Shown here: positions 17,670 through 26,627 of the stretch, piece after piece | How the letters are laid out: every line of letters starts with the position of its first letter | Numbering within the stretch: position 1 is the first letter of the stretch | DNA from: Thermoproteota archaeon | Lineage (GTDB): Archaea > Korarchaeota > Korarchaeia > Korarchaeales > Korarchaeaceae | Reading direction: 5' to 3' | DNA: 49,552 nt | NCBI GenBank assembly: GCA_027492205.1 | Contig: JAOZFN010000003.1 | Span: 1-49,552, forward strand | Notes under the pieces: generated by a model | What the model was told of the DNA's origin: nothing | Seen by the model: only the letters and a program-made list of their open reading frames with translations | Databases searched by the model: none | Position numbers and translations under genes: made by a program

Positions 17670-17881
17670 TCATTCAGGGCTTTCTGGGGGAACGGATCCT
17701 CCCCACATCTCGCAGCCTCTCCTCACTACGTTCATGGCCCCAACGACACCGCGATCGCCTTCGAATCCGCACCGTCGGCACTTCAATATCCGGAGCCACT
17801 TTAAGCAAGTTTGGCCTACACATCGGATATTATGATGGGGTCCCCTTGGGATTTACGTGAGCACCTTGCGGCCATATTTGC
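17670..17881 (-). pseudogene. tnpB: C-terminal remnant of an IS200/IS605-family TnpB (RNA-guided RuvC nuclease)
   Basis: Minus-strand translation across frameshifts: KYGRKVL / VNPKGTPS*YPMC / RILKCRRCGFEGDRGVVGAMNVVRRGCEMWGGSVPPESPE*; matches the TnpB pattern VNPxxTSxxCPxC...CxxCG.DRD..AxxNI. Confidence 0.75.
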
Positions 17882-20484
17882 CAGTCGGGGCCTGATTGCA
17901 ACGTCGGCAGGATCGACCGGAAGCCCGGCAAGTTCTACTACGTGGACAGGTTTTAATCGCCCCCTCAGTCGGGGCCTGATTGCAACCGATCTATTCTCCA
18001 CGTATCCATACCTATACATCGGCGGCCCAAAGGTTTTAATCGCCCCCTCAGTCGGGGCCTGATTGCAACGGCTGGACCTCCTCCCCGTCGACTGGCTCCC
18101 GCCGGAGGTCTCGTTTTAATCGCCCCCTCAGTCGGGGCCTGATTGCAACTTTCACGTAGATGGGTGAATCAGTCCACACAGTAAGGCGTATGTTTTAATC
18201 GCCCCCTCAGTCGGGGCCTGATTGCAACTCCTCGCGTTGCCAGCGTGCAGGTTGGTGCAGGTCACCCTGTGTTTTAATCGCCCCCTCAGTCGGGGCCTGA
18301 TTGCAACATGGACGTCAGTTCCCGCCCCCACCCGCCGGCCCTCGTTAGTTTTAATCGCCCCCTCAGTCGGGGCCTGATTGCAACTGGACCGACGCCGACG
18401 ACGGAATAGACATAGACGATTACGATGCCTATGAGTTTTAATCGCCCCCTCAGTCGGGGCCTGATTGCAACTACGGCTACCTGGCCGCCAGGGGCGCGGT
18501 GATAAGGGTCTGGCCCGCCGGTTTTAATCGCCCCCTCAGTCGGGGCCTGATTGCAACCTGGCTTCGCAGTGATACAGCACCGCACTTGGCAGAAGTTCAG
18601 TTTTAATCGCCCCCTCAGTCGGGGCCTGATTGCAACGTCCGGCTTTTCGTCGGCCACCTTCCTCCACAAACTGCGCGAATAGTTTTAATCGCCCCCTCAG
18701 TCGGGGCCTGATTGCAACTCGGCCCGACCCCGGCCGCCGTCTCGGCGTCCCCCCCGGGTTTTAATCGCCCCCTCAGTCGGGGCCTGATTGCAACCTTCTG
18801 TGGCTCAAGTTCAGGGGGATTCCGGTCAAGCTTCACCCTGTTTTAATCGCCCCCTCAGTCGGGGCCTGATTGCAACCGGGGGCGGGTGGTAGTATATGTA
18901 GAGTCCGGGTTGCAGAGTGATCGTTTTAATCGCCCCCTCAGTCGGGGCCTGATTGCAACTATCGCGAAGACCCTTACAGTAACCGCGAAGTTTGCGGGAA
19001 CGGCGAACTAGTTTTAATCGCCCCCTCAGTCGGGGCCTGATTGCAACCCAGAGGCCGGACTTCACCTCGAACCCCACGCTGACGGCCACGTCGGTTTTAA
19101 TCGCCCCCTCAGTCGGGGCCTGATTGCAACGTGTTGTCAACCGTGCAGTATGACGGCAGGTCGTCTGGATCGTTTTAATCGCCCCCTCAGTCGGGGCCTG
19201 ATTGCAACAGGACATGGAAGCCTACCTGTACTACGTCCCACCGGGCTTCAGGTTTTAATCGCCCCCTCAGTCGGGGCCTGATTGCAACTGGTCGTGAACG
19301 AGTCGATGACGCACATAGCTGCCTCCGCGTTTTAATCGCCCCCTCAGTCGGGGCCTGATTGCAACGTGTCGCTCGGCACGGTGAAGTCGTAGTAGTAGAT
19401 GCCCGGTTTTAATCGCCCCCTCAGTCGGGGCCTGATTGCAACGAGGGAGGCTCTGGAAGTACGGGTACGGATACACGGGCCTGACGATTGGTTTTAATCG
19501 CCCCCTCAGTCGGGGCCTGATTGCAACCGCGAGCTGGAAGATAGTGAAGGATCAGAGCGGGTACGTCAAGATATACTGTTTTAATCGCCCCCTCAGTCGG
19601 GGCCTGATTGCAACCTATGTCTCCGCGCTTGTCATGAAGAGTTGGAGCGGCAGTTTTAATCGCCCCCTCAGTCGGGGCCTGATTGCAACTTATAGTCGCG
19701 GGGGCCGCGGCGGTGCTGAGAGCTAAGTTTTAATCGCCCCCTCAGTCGGGGCCTGATTGCAACGAGGTAGTCGCGGCACTTGATTATGTATCTGTACTGC
19801 TTTGCGACGAGTTTTAATCGCCCCCTCAGTCGGGGCCTGATTGCAACGCGAGGAATGGCCTGACGCCCGAGTCGCGGCACGAGATACTGCTGTTTTAATC
19901 GCCCCCTCAGTCGGGGCCTGATTGCAACAGGTCCACCCAAGTTTTGACGTGCGGCTGCACTTGGGCGGGTTTTAATCGCCCCCTCAGTCGGGGCCTGATT
20001 GCAACGCGAGGAATGGCCTGACGCCCGAGTCGCGGCACGAGATACTGCTGTTTTAATCGCCCCCTCAGTCGGGGCCTGATTGCAACGGTAGTAGTAGAGG
20101 TGGTGGTGGTGGGGTGGAGCTAAAGGGTTTTAATCGCCCCCTCAGTCGGGGCCTGATTGCAACGTCTTATAAGGCTAAAATCTGCTCGTGTATGGAGGTG
20201 TGTGGCGTTTTAATCGCCCCCTCAGTCGGGGCCTGATTGCAACTACGAGGGTTACATGTCTCGCGGGGAGTTCTTAAGGTGGCTGGTGAGTTTTAATCGC
20301 CCCCTCAGTCGGGGCCTGATTGCAACTCTTTAAGAGTGCAGAGGAGCTCCAGTCAAGTGGATAGTCTATGTTTTAATCGCCCCCTCAGTCGGGGCCTGAT
20401 TGCAACCGAGAAAAGGTTTCTCTGCTCTGAATCGATTTACGATATTGGTTTTAATCGCCCCCTCAGTCGGGGCCTGATTGCAAC
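17882..20484 (-). CRISPR. CRISPR array: 32 full 37-bp repeats plus one truncated terminal repeat, 32 spacers of 37-51 bp
   Basis: Repeat (minus strand) GTTGCAATCAGGCCCCGACTGAGGGGGCGATTAAAAC; full copies from 17950 to 20484 and a 21-bp partial copy at 17882-17902; orientation inferred from the degenerate end, leader position and 8-nt ATTAAAAC handle. Confidence 0.98.
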
Positions 20485-20691
20485 CCTCGCTCTACCTAGC
20501 TACTCTCCCCGGACGCGACTAGGAGGCTACGTCTCTATCTCGGTCATAGCGCTGATCGAGGTTTTCGGTCCGGACCTTATAAAGATCAGCGCGATTCCAC
20601 AGTATTGCCTCCTTCCTGTACTAACGAAATCGTTAGTGCGCAAATGACGAATATGCAACACTTTTTCTACAACATAGTGCACCTACACTAT
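20485..20691 (-). promoter_or_regulatory. CRISPR leader and divergent csa3 promoter
   Basis: Non-coding region between the intact end repeat and csa3; minus-strand TATA-like TTTATAA at 20577-20583; several perfect inverted repeats. Confidence 0.7.
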
Positions 20692-21360
20692 GTGACGGTT
20701 AGGCGTAGGCTTTTCTCCACGGCCGTGGGGTATAGCGAACAACTGATGCTGAGAGCTTATCTAGCCGTAGGAATTAGAGAGGGCGATCGCATTCTCTTAA
20801 TAAGGTCGGAAAAAGAGGATGATCAGGCTAGGAGAGCTGAACATAACTTTAGAACGCTGATTGAGGGCCTGAGGCCTGGAATAGACATAGAGTCAGTTTC
20901 CATGGATCCGATGGATTTCGAGGGTAACACGGTGAAGCTGGTGAGGTTGTATGCCGAGGCTAAGAAGTCTGGATACTCCATTGTGGTGAACCCAATAGCC
21001 GGGCTCAGGGCGCTCGGCCTAGTCCAGATCCTCGCCCTAACCTTCGTTGGTGGTCAAGCAACCATCCATCTGGAGACGGGGGGAAGCGTAGAGTTGGTGA
21101 ACATACCCAGCTTTACTCCTCGCATAAGGGAGGAGAGGATAAGGGTTCTCATGGCAGTTGGGAGGGATAAGGGGCCTAAGCAGGTGGCAGAGGAACAGAA
21201 TATCACCCTACCTACGGTCTACAGGCATCTGAAGTCCCTTAGGGGTGAAGGTTTGCTGGACGGCTCTGGGAGGCTCACCATACTCGGGAGGGGCCTGATC
21301 GAGCTCTACCGGTGCGGGCTCATTTCTCCCGCTGCACGGAAATCGAATCATGTTAATTGA
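20692..21360 (+). CDS. csa3: CRISPR-associated transcriptional regulator Csa3 (CARF + wHTH)
   Basis: N-terminal TAVGY...LMLR, AGLRAL CARF motif, C-terminal HTH LPTVYRHLKSL...LTILGR; first gene of the cassette; start adjusted to GTG 20692. Confidence 0.85.
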   Translation: MTVRRRLFSTAVGYSEQLMLRAYLAVGIREGDRILLIRSEKEDDQARRAEHNFRTLIEGLRPGIDIESVSMDPMDFEGNTVKLVRLYAEAKKSGYSIVVNPIAGLRALGLVQILALTFVGGQATIHLETGGSVELVNIPSFTPRIREERIRVLMAVGRDKGPKQVAEEQNITLPTVYRHLKSLRGEGLLDGSGRLTILGRGLIELYRCGLISPAARKSNHVN

Positions 21361-21424
21361 ATTTACATCTTGTTGATAGAATCAGTTAAATTACTCTGGG
21401 AATCACTAGACTCAGGTCGGCCCT

Positions 21425-21847
21425 ATGTCCCTAGCAGGTGCGAGCAATAGGGCTCGGCTGGTAACCCTTCTCGAGGAAGATCCAGGCATCTACTTCTCCT
21501 TCAGAAGGGTTGCTGGCGTCCTACACTTCGTCGTCGAGCATGGAAGCATAAAGAACTACTTCCACGAACTAAAGCTCCTCGGGGTTGACCGTCCAGAGAG
21601 GTTTTCGTATATACTAGCCAGGGCCTTCGAGGAGTTCAGGAGGGAGATTCGCGAGGAGCCCATGAGACGTGAGGCACGAGGCGTCCTGAAAACCTTCGGC
21701 TTTAGGGAGGGTAGCGATCTTACGAGAGATTTTGAGGTCGTAACGAGGCTATACGTTCAGTACGGGAAAGAACTCCTTAACCAGCTCTTGGCCACAGTAT
21801 CGGCCCCATGCCCTGTTTGTGTGAGCGAGGTGATTGAAACTGGGTAG
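21425..21847 (+). CDS. csa5: Probable type I-A small subunit Csa5 (Cas11a)
   Basis: Small helical protein immediately upstream of cas7 in the canonical I-A order; no strong sequence motif recognised. Confidence 0.55.
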   Translation: MSLAGASNRARLVTLLEEDPGIYFSFRRVAGVLHFVVEHGSIKNYFHELKLLGVDRPERFSYILARAFEEFRREIREEPMRREARGVLKTFGFREGSDLTRDFEVVTRLYVQYGKELLNQLLATVSAPCPVCVSEVIETG

Positions 21848-22922
21848 CCCACTCGATTTTGAGCCCAGGTATATGAGCCTCGCCGCGAAGTTGGTTTTGA
21901 ATGTTCACGACCTCAACAACGAGAGAGCTGAGGAAATTAGAACAGTCCCCGTCATTTACGAGGTTAACGGGCGTTGGAAGATCGTCTCTGAGGCGGTGGC
22001 CGTAAGCGGACAGATGCTCAAGCACTGGCACTTAGCCTCGATGGTAAACATCGCTGAGGCGCGAGATCTCATTGACAAGGTGGGCTTTTGCGGTAGATGC
22101 AGAAAGAGGGAGGGGATCAGAGTCTCAAGGGACGATGCCGTCGCTCTCGCCAAGAGGCTAAGCAAACAACCTAAGAACCTCACGGAGAAGGACATAATCG
22201 AGGCTTGCGCAGGTGAGGATGTCCACGGCTTCCTCTTGACAAACCCCATTACAATCAGAAGGGAGTCTCTGGTTAGATTCTCTTGGATGCTTCCCTGTTT
22301 CTTAGAGGAGGCTTTGGAGAGTTCGGGGACGGTAACCCCATACAAGGTTGTCATCCACACTAGGAACGTGAGGGCCCCAGGGAAAGGCGCATCTGACGCA
22401 AGCTCTAGCGAGACCCGTGATGAAGGAGGCTTGACCTCAGAGGAATACCAGTCCGAGAGGAGGACTCCCGAGCAGATGCCGTTCTACAGATCGTATGCAT
22501 CAGGCATATATGGATTTATTTCAACTGCAGACTTGGCTCACATCGGATTTTCATTTAACGACTTAGAGCCCATAGGAAATAAGGAAAGGGTGATGTTGAG
22601 GAGAAAGCTCCTGATAGAGGCCTATGCGCCCATGCTATCAGGTCTCGGGGCATCTCTCTCTAGAGCTCTGCCGGCGTCGGCCATACTGGAGCTCATGGTC
22701 GTCTTCAGCGACGGACCTCTGCCAGCACCGGTGCATCCAATATATCCAAGCTACCTAGAGCGAAATATCAGACTCTACCACGATCAGGCCAAGGCCTTGG
22801 GATCAAATCTCATGGTGTTCCTGTGGACCAAGGAACCAACCGACCTGATGAATAGAGAAGCTGAATTCCCGAGACTTCGAATCGTTGGCAGCCCCGTAGG
22901 CTGGATAGGGGAGGTGATCTAG
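21834..22922 (+). CDS. cas7: Type I-A Cascade backbone Cas7 (Csa2/DevR)
   Basis: VHDLNNE, AVSGQMLKHWH, CxxC, DVHGFL, IRRESLVRFS, YASGIYGF. Confidence 0.92.
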   Translation: MKLGSPLDFEPRYMSLAAKLVLNVHDLNNERAEEIRTVPVIYEVNGRWKIVSEAVAVSGQMLKHWHLASMVNIAEARDLIDKVGFCGRCRKREGIRVSRDDAVALAKRLSKQPKNLTEKDIIEACAGEDVHGFLLTNPITIRRESLVRFSWMLPCFLEEALESSGTVTPYKVVIHTRNVRAPGKGASDASSSETRDEGGLTSEEYQSERRTPEQMPFYRSYASGIYGFISTADLAHIGFSFNDLEPIGNKERVMLRRKLLIEAYAPMLSGLGASLSRALPASAILELMVVFSDGPLPAPVHPIYPSYLERNIRLYHDQAKALGSNLMVFLWTKEPTDLMNREAEFPRLRIVGSPVGWIGEVI

Positions 22923-22949
22923 CTCAAGAAATCCTGAGAGTTCTTTAGG

Positions 22950-23915
22950 GTGCTGGCCTTGAGGCTCGTCGCCGTCGGTGGGTCCATGCTGATACCCATG
23001 TTTTCAGCGAGGGACCCCCTCTCTCACGGCGTCAGACTGTCGTATCTCCTCCCGCCCCCAACTACCCTTCTTGGCGCCTTTGGATCCGGTCTCGGCCTAA
23101 CTCTCGGCATTCCAAGAGGTGAGTGCCCGGCAGGGGGTAGGCAGGTCAGAGACGTACTGAGGTATGCCCTCGAAGAATCCGCGTTGGCGATCGTTAAGCC
23201 CGAGGGCCCCATAATCAAGTCTGCTCAGATGTGGAAGCTTGTTAACTTAGAGAAGGAGAGCACCTCCAAGTCTAGTAAGAAAGAGTCGGAGAGGGGCTTA
23301 CATGACGCATTCGAGGCTGAATACATCTCTTCCTCAAAGATCGGCCTTACGTTCATCGTGGACCTAGACCTCTTGAGCGAGGGACTATCTGAACTGGCCT
23401 CATCCGCGTGCGCGGACCCCACTATTAGATCCGTTGGTGACGTGGGGCTGGGTCCAGAAGACCTTGTGAAGGCTATTACGCTCATGGATAGGTTGGGCTC
23501 GACGGAGAACCTTGGGAGAGTCACACATGCCTCTCTACTTTCGATAAAGAACGTAGAGACTTCAGGCTTGCTTGACTCCTGTGTGCCCTTAGAGTGGATC
23601 CAATCCGTAGAGGCAGCGAGGCCTCACGAGTCGGCCGAGCAGATCATCCTGCCAGTAAACAGATTCGTGTCTAACCGCGTGAGATCCGCTAAGGCAGATA
23701 AGATCAAGGGTAGAGAGTGGTCCCGAGTATGGTTCTTGGCGCCCCTGAGGCCCGGTACCAAGAGGATGAGGGGTAAGCGCATCCCTGTGTACGAACCAGC
23801 GCCGATCAGGGTGCAGGCCAATGATGGTTACGTCGTGGCGACTCTGGAGGATCCTAAGGGCGAGTTGAGGTTCGTCACCGTTCTCCCAGAGGACATCGCT
23901 AGGGAACTGGGGTGA
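22950..23915 (+). CDS. cas5: Type I-A Cas5
   Basis: SYLLPPPTTLLGA N-terminal motif, RLGSTE, position after cas7. Confidence 0.88.
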   Translation: MLALRLVAVGGSMLIPMFSARDPLSHGVRLSYLLPPPTTLLGAFGSGLGLTLGIPRGECPAGGRQVRDVLRYALEESALAIVKPEGPIIKSAQMWKLVNLEKESTSKSSKKESERGLHDAFEAEYISSSKIGLTFIVDLDLLSEGLSELASSACADPTIRSVGDVGLGPEDLVKAITLMDRLGSTENLGRVTHASLLSIKNVETSGLLDSCVPLEWIQSVEAARPHESAEQIILPVNRFVSNRVRSAKADKIKGREWSRVWFLAPLRPGTKRMRGKRIPVYEPAPIRVQANDGYVVATLEDPKGELRFVTVLPEDIARELG

Positions 23916-25798
23916 CAGCTTTGGGCGAGTGGCTCCGAGACGTAAAGAAGGTCTACGAACTCGCCCACCAAAGACCATTCAGACCTCGGCAGGCGCAGGA
24001 GGTCGCCATAGATGGCATGGAGAGGGCTTTCGAAGAATTCAGCGAAGGCGATGAGGTCAGACCCATACTGGTCAGGCTGCCAACCGGTTACGGCAAGACG
24101 CTGGTGGGCCTGTCTGCAATGATTCACCAGGCCGCCTCCGGCCGCTGGTTAACCCGAGGGCTGGTCTATACTCTCCCTACGAGGACCCTGACCCGAAGGC
24201 TCTGGGAGAGCTCAACGAACTTGCTGAAAGCCGCAGGTCGCGGGTTCCGCCGCGAGGGAGAGGCTCAACTTATGGGGCCCTACCGCGCAGTCAGAGAGTT
24301 TCATGGGGGCAACCTAGATGCGTCTCACTTCGCCGCCACGGTGGCGGTCAGTACGTTCGATGTCTTTGCGCTGGCCTACGCCCGTAGGAGCAGGGCGGGA
24401 TTTCACTTAGAGCTCCCAGCGGGCGTGATAGCGACCTCATACGTGGTCTTCGATGAGGCCCACATGCTGAGAGACGACTACTCCTACACTCACCTCGTCA
24501 TGGGGAGACTCGTGAGACATCTAACATCGGCCGGAGTTCCCGTGGTGGTGATGACGGCCACGATGCCTAGGACCCTGGAGGAGATGGTGTTCGACGGAGA
24601 GGAGCCCATCAGACTCCCTGATGATCAGTCCTACTTTGGTACAAAGGAAGAAGAGTACAGAGGGAGGATCAAGTCGATTGAGCTTCAAGATTTTGAGAGC
24701 GAAGGCGCTAGCGTGGAATATGTCGTAGAGTTCGTGTCAGAAAACCTTAGGAGGGGAGATCGGCGGATCTTGCTAATTCTAAACGAGGTAGGCCGGGCCA
24801 TTCTGTTCTACAAGCGGCTGGCGAAGGAGTTGGGGGGTAAGGCCAAGGTAGGCCTGATCCACTCCAGAATATACAAGCAGGATAGGGACAGGAGGGAAGC
24901 TGAGGCATTTCGTGCCCTAGGAAAGGAACCTGAGGGCCCTTACGTACTTGTCGCCACACAGGTCGTGGAAGCTGGACTCGACGTAAGTTCTGATCTGCTC
25001 ATCACCGACTGCGCGCCGCTAGACTCCCTCGTTCAGAGGCTTGGGAGGTGCGCCAGATGGCCTGGAGAAATAGGAAACGCCTTAATTCTCAGATATCCCA
25101 AAGTGGGGCGTCCCTACCCTCAAGATCTCGTGGATGAGTCCTGGGAGGCTCTGAGAGACGCTAAGTCTGACGGAGAAAGGGCCAACAACTTGCTAGACCC
25201 AGCCTATGTCATGAGAAGTCTGGACGATGTCTATCAGGGTCTGGCAATAAAGCCCCTCTCCTCAAGGTTGGAGGAGTACCTTGCGTACTTGGACGGCCTC
25301 GGCTTGACCACCTTCTCGGCGAACAGGAACGTGATGAGGACCGTCATGGCGAGGCCGGATGCCTTCTTCACGTTGGTCGTTCCTGCGGGGAGGTTCGAGA
25401 TATTTGAACTGTCGAGGGGCGAGGACTGTTGGACCGTGGCCATGGAGCGCGTTACAGACTACTCGGGCGTTCTTGAGGGCTTGAGAGAAGGTAAGGTGGT
25501 TGCATTAGAGGCTCTCTGGGCCATGAATCACAGCTTCTCCGCGAACAGGAGGGTCGTGAAGAGAGGGGACGAGTTCAGGCCCTTCGTGCTGCATCAGATC
25601 ACCCCTAATGGTGGGAAGCAAGCGATAGAGCTGAGGCTAATTCAAGCCTTCCGAGGTGGAGACCAGATCTCTCTCTACGCTCTTAAGAGAGCCGAGGAAA
25701 TCCCGTGGGAGGGCATATTCCTCCTGAACCCAGAGATGTATGACGAAGAAGCAGGATTGGGCGTTATATCAAGGGAGGGTGAGCAGAATGCCGATTAG
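23912..25798 (+). CDS. cas3: Cas3' SF2 helicase
   Basis: LPTGYGKT, DEAH, MTAT, LIHSR, ATQVVEAGLD, QRLGRCAR. Confidence 0.95.
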   Translation: MTALGEWLRDVKKVYELAHQRPFRPRQAQEVAIDGMERAFEEFSEGDEVRPILVRLPTGYGKTLVGLSAMIHQAASGRWLTRGLVYTLPTRTLTRRLWESSTNLLKAAGRGFRREGEAQLMGPYRAVREFHGGNLDASHFAATVAVSTFDVFALAYARRSRAGFHLELPAGVIATSYVVFDEAHMLRDDYSYTHLVMGRLVRHLTSAGVPVVVMTATMPRTLEEMVFDGEEPIRLPDDQSYFGTKEEEYRGRIKSIELQDFESEGASVEYVVEFVSENLRRGDRRILLILNEVGRAILFYKRLAKELGGKAKVGLIHSRIYKQDRDRREAEAFRALGKEPEGPYVLVATQVVEAGLDVSSDLLITDCAPLDSLVQRLGRCARWPGEIGNALILRYPKVGRPYPQDLVDESWEALRDAKSDGERANNLLDPAYVMRSLDDVYQGLAIKPLSSRLEEYLAYLDGLGLTTFSANRNVMRTVMARPDAFFTLVVPAGRFEIFELSRGEDCWTVAMERVTDYSGVLEGLREGKVVALEALWAMNHSFSANRRVVKRGDEFRPFVLHQITPNGGKQAIELRLIQAFRGGDQISLYALKRAEEIPWEGIFLLNPEMYDEEAGLGVISREGEQNAD

Positions 25799-26627
25799 GA
25801 CATTCTCTTGCCGATTTGCGGGAGAATGCGTCTTCAGGGGGCGAGAGTTCTGCGGAGATGGTGAGGCACCTGCCACCCTCCCGCTGAGATCTTATCACCC
25901 TGACCCCTCTAAGGGGGAACTCCCAGAGTGCTACGTTCACCACATCGCTAGGTCGCTCGAATTCTGGAGGTCACAGAAAGACAGGTTTGCCCGTAGCCTG
26001 GCGCGGCTGATGAGGCACTCCCTCGGCCTTGAGCTGAATCGGGATCAAGTCGTCGACGCAGTATCTCTCCTTGTGGCCCATCACGATGCTGGTAAGCTCA
26101 CTAGAAACTATCAGGAGGGGGTTAGAGGATATAGGCACGAACTGATAAGCGCGTTTTTGCTCTGGGATCGGGCCCTCATGCTAGGGCAGGAGTTTGGATT
26201 AGGCGAGGCTGACAGGATGCTACTTGCAGCCGCTCTCACCTCGGCTTGCTATCTACACCATGAGGCTATACAGGTAATGTTTCGCATGTGGGATGTGAGG
26301 GCGCCGACATATGGGGATCTCCTGTCAAGACTGAGCAGATTAGAAGTGGAGACCCTCCCGTATGCTAAAGAACTCGTGGAGTGGCAAGAGAGGGAGGCCA
26401 CTGGCAGGATCTTAGGCCACTTTGACTGGCCGCGTTGCATCAGAGGACGGGAAATGGTTTCAAAGTTGGCTAAAGCTGTGACCCTGGTCGACGGCGCGGC
26501 CAATCCCGTAGAAGTGAGGATGACAGTCTCGGCTCTTCTCTTGGCGCTCACGTATGCGGATAACGTCGCAGCAATGCAGAGGGGAGGGGCCGTGCGCAGC
26601 TTCCACAGGGCAATATTGGGGGTATGA
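25788..26627 (+). CDS. cas3: Cas3'' stand-alone HD nuclease
   Basis: YVHH, HHDAGK, RHELISA, LHHE, YAD motifs; start adjusted to ATG 25788. Confidence 0.9.
   Translation: MPIRTFSCRFAGECVFRGREFCGDGEAPATLPLRSYHPDPSKGELPECYVHHIARSLEFWRSQKDRFARSLARLMRHSLGLELNRDQVVDAVSLLVAHHDAGKLTRNYQEGVRGYRHELISAFLLWDRALMLGQEFGLGEADRMLLAAALTSACYLHHEAIQVMFRMWDVRAPTYGDLLSRLSRLEVETLPYAKELVEWQEREATGRILGHFDWPRCIRGREMVSKLAKAVTLVDGAANPVEVRMTVSALLLALTYADNVAAMQRGGAVRSFHRAILGV

Noticed and set aside
19690-19891. Shared AGTCGCGG(CAC) words in three neighbouring spacers
   Set aside because: Only 8-11 nt with unrelated flanks; cannot be separated from chance.
17882-20484. Plus-strand array orientation (repeat ending ATTGCAAC, as in some Cas12f repeats)
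   Set aside because: The truncated repeat on the left, the TATA-bearing leader on the right and the hairpin-plus-8-nt-handle geometry favour the minus strand; not excluded without RNA data.
17561-20647. ORFs across and beside the array (VAIRPRLRGRLK / FNRPLSRGLIAT repeats, and 17561-17860)
   Set aside because: Translations of CRISPR repeats, or antisense to the tnpB remnant.
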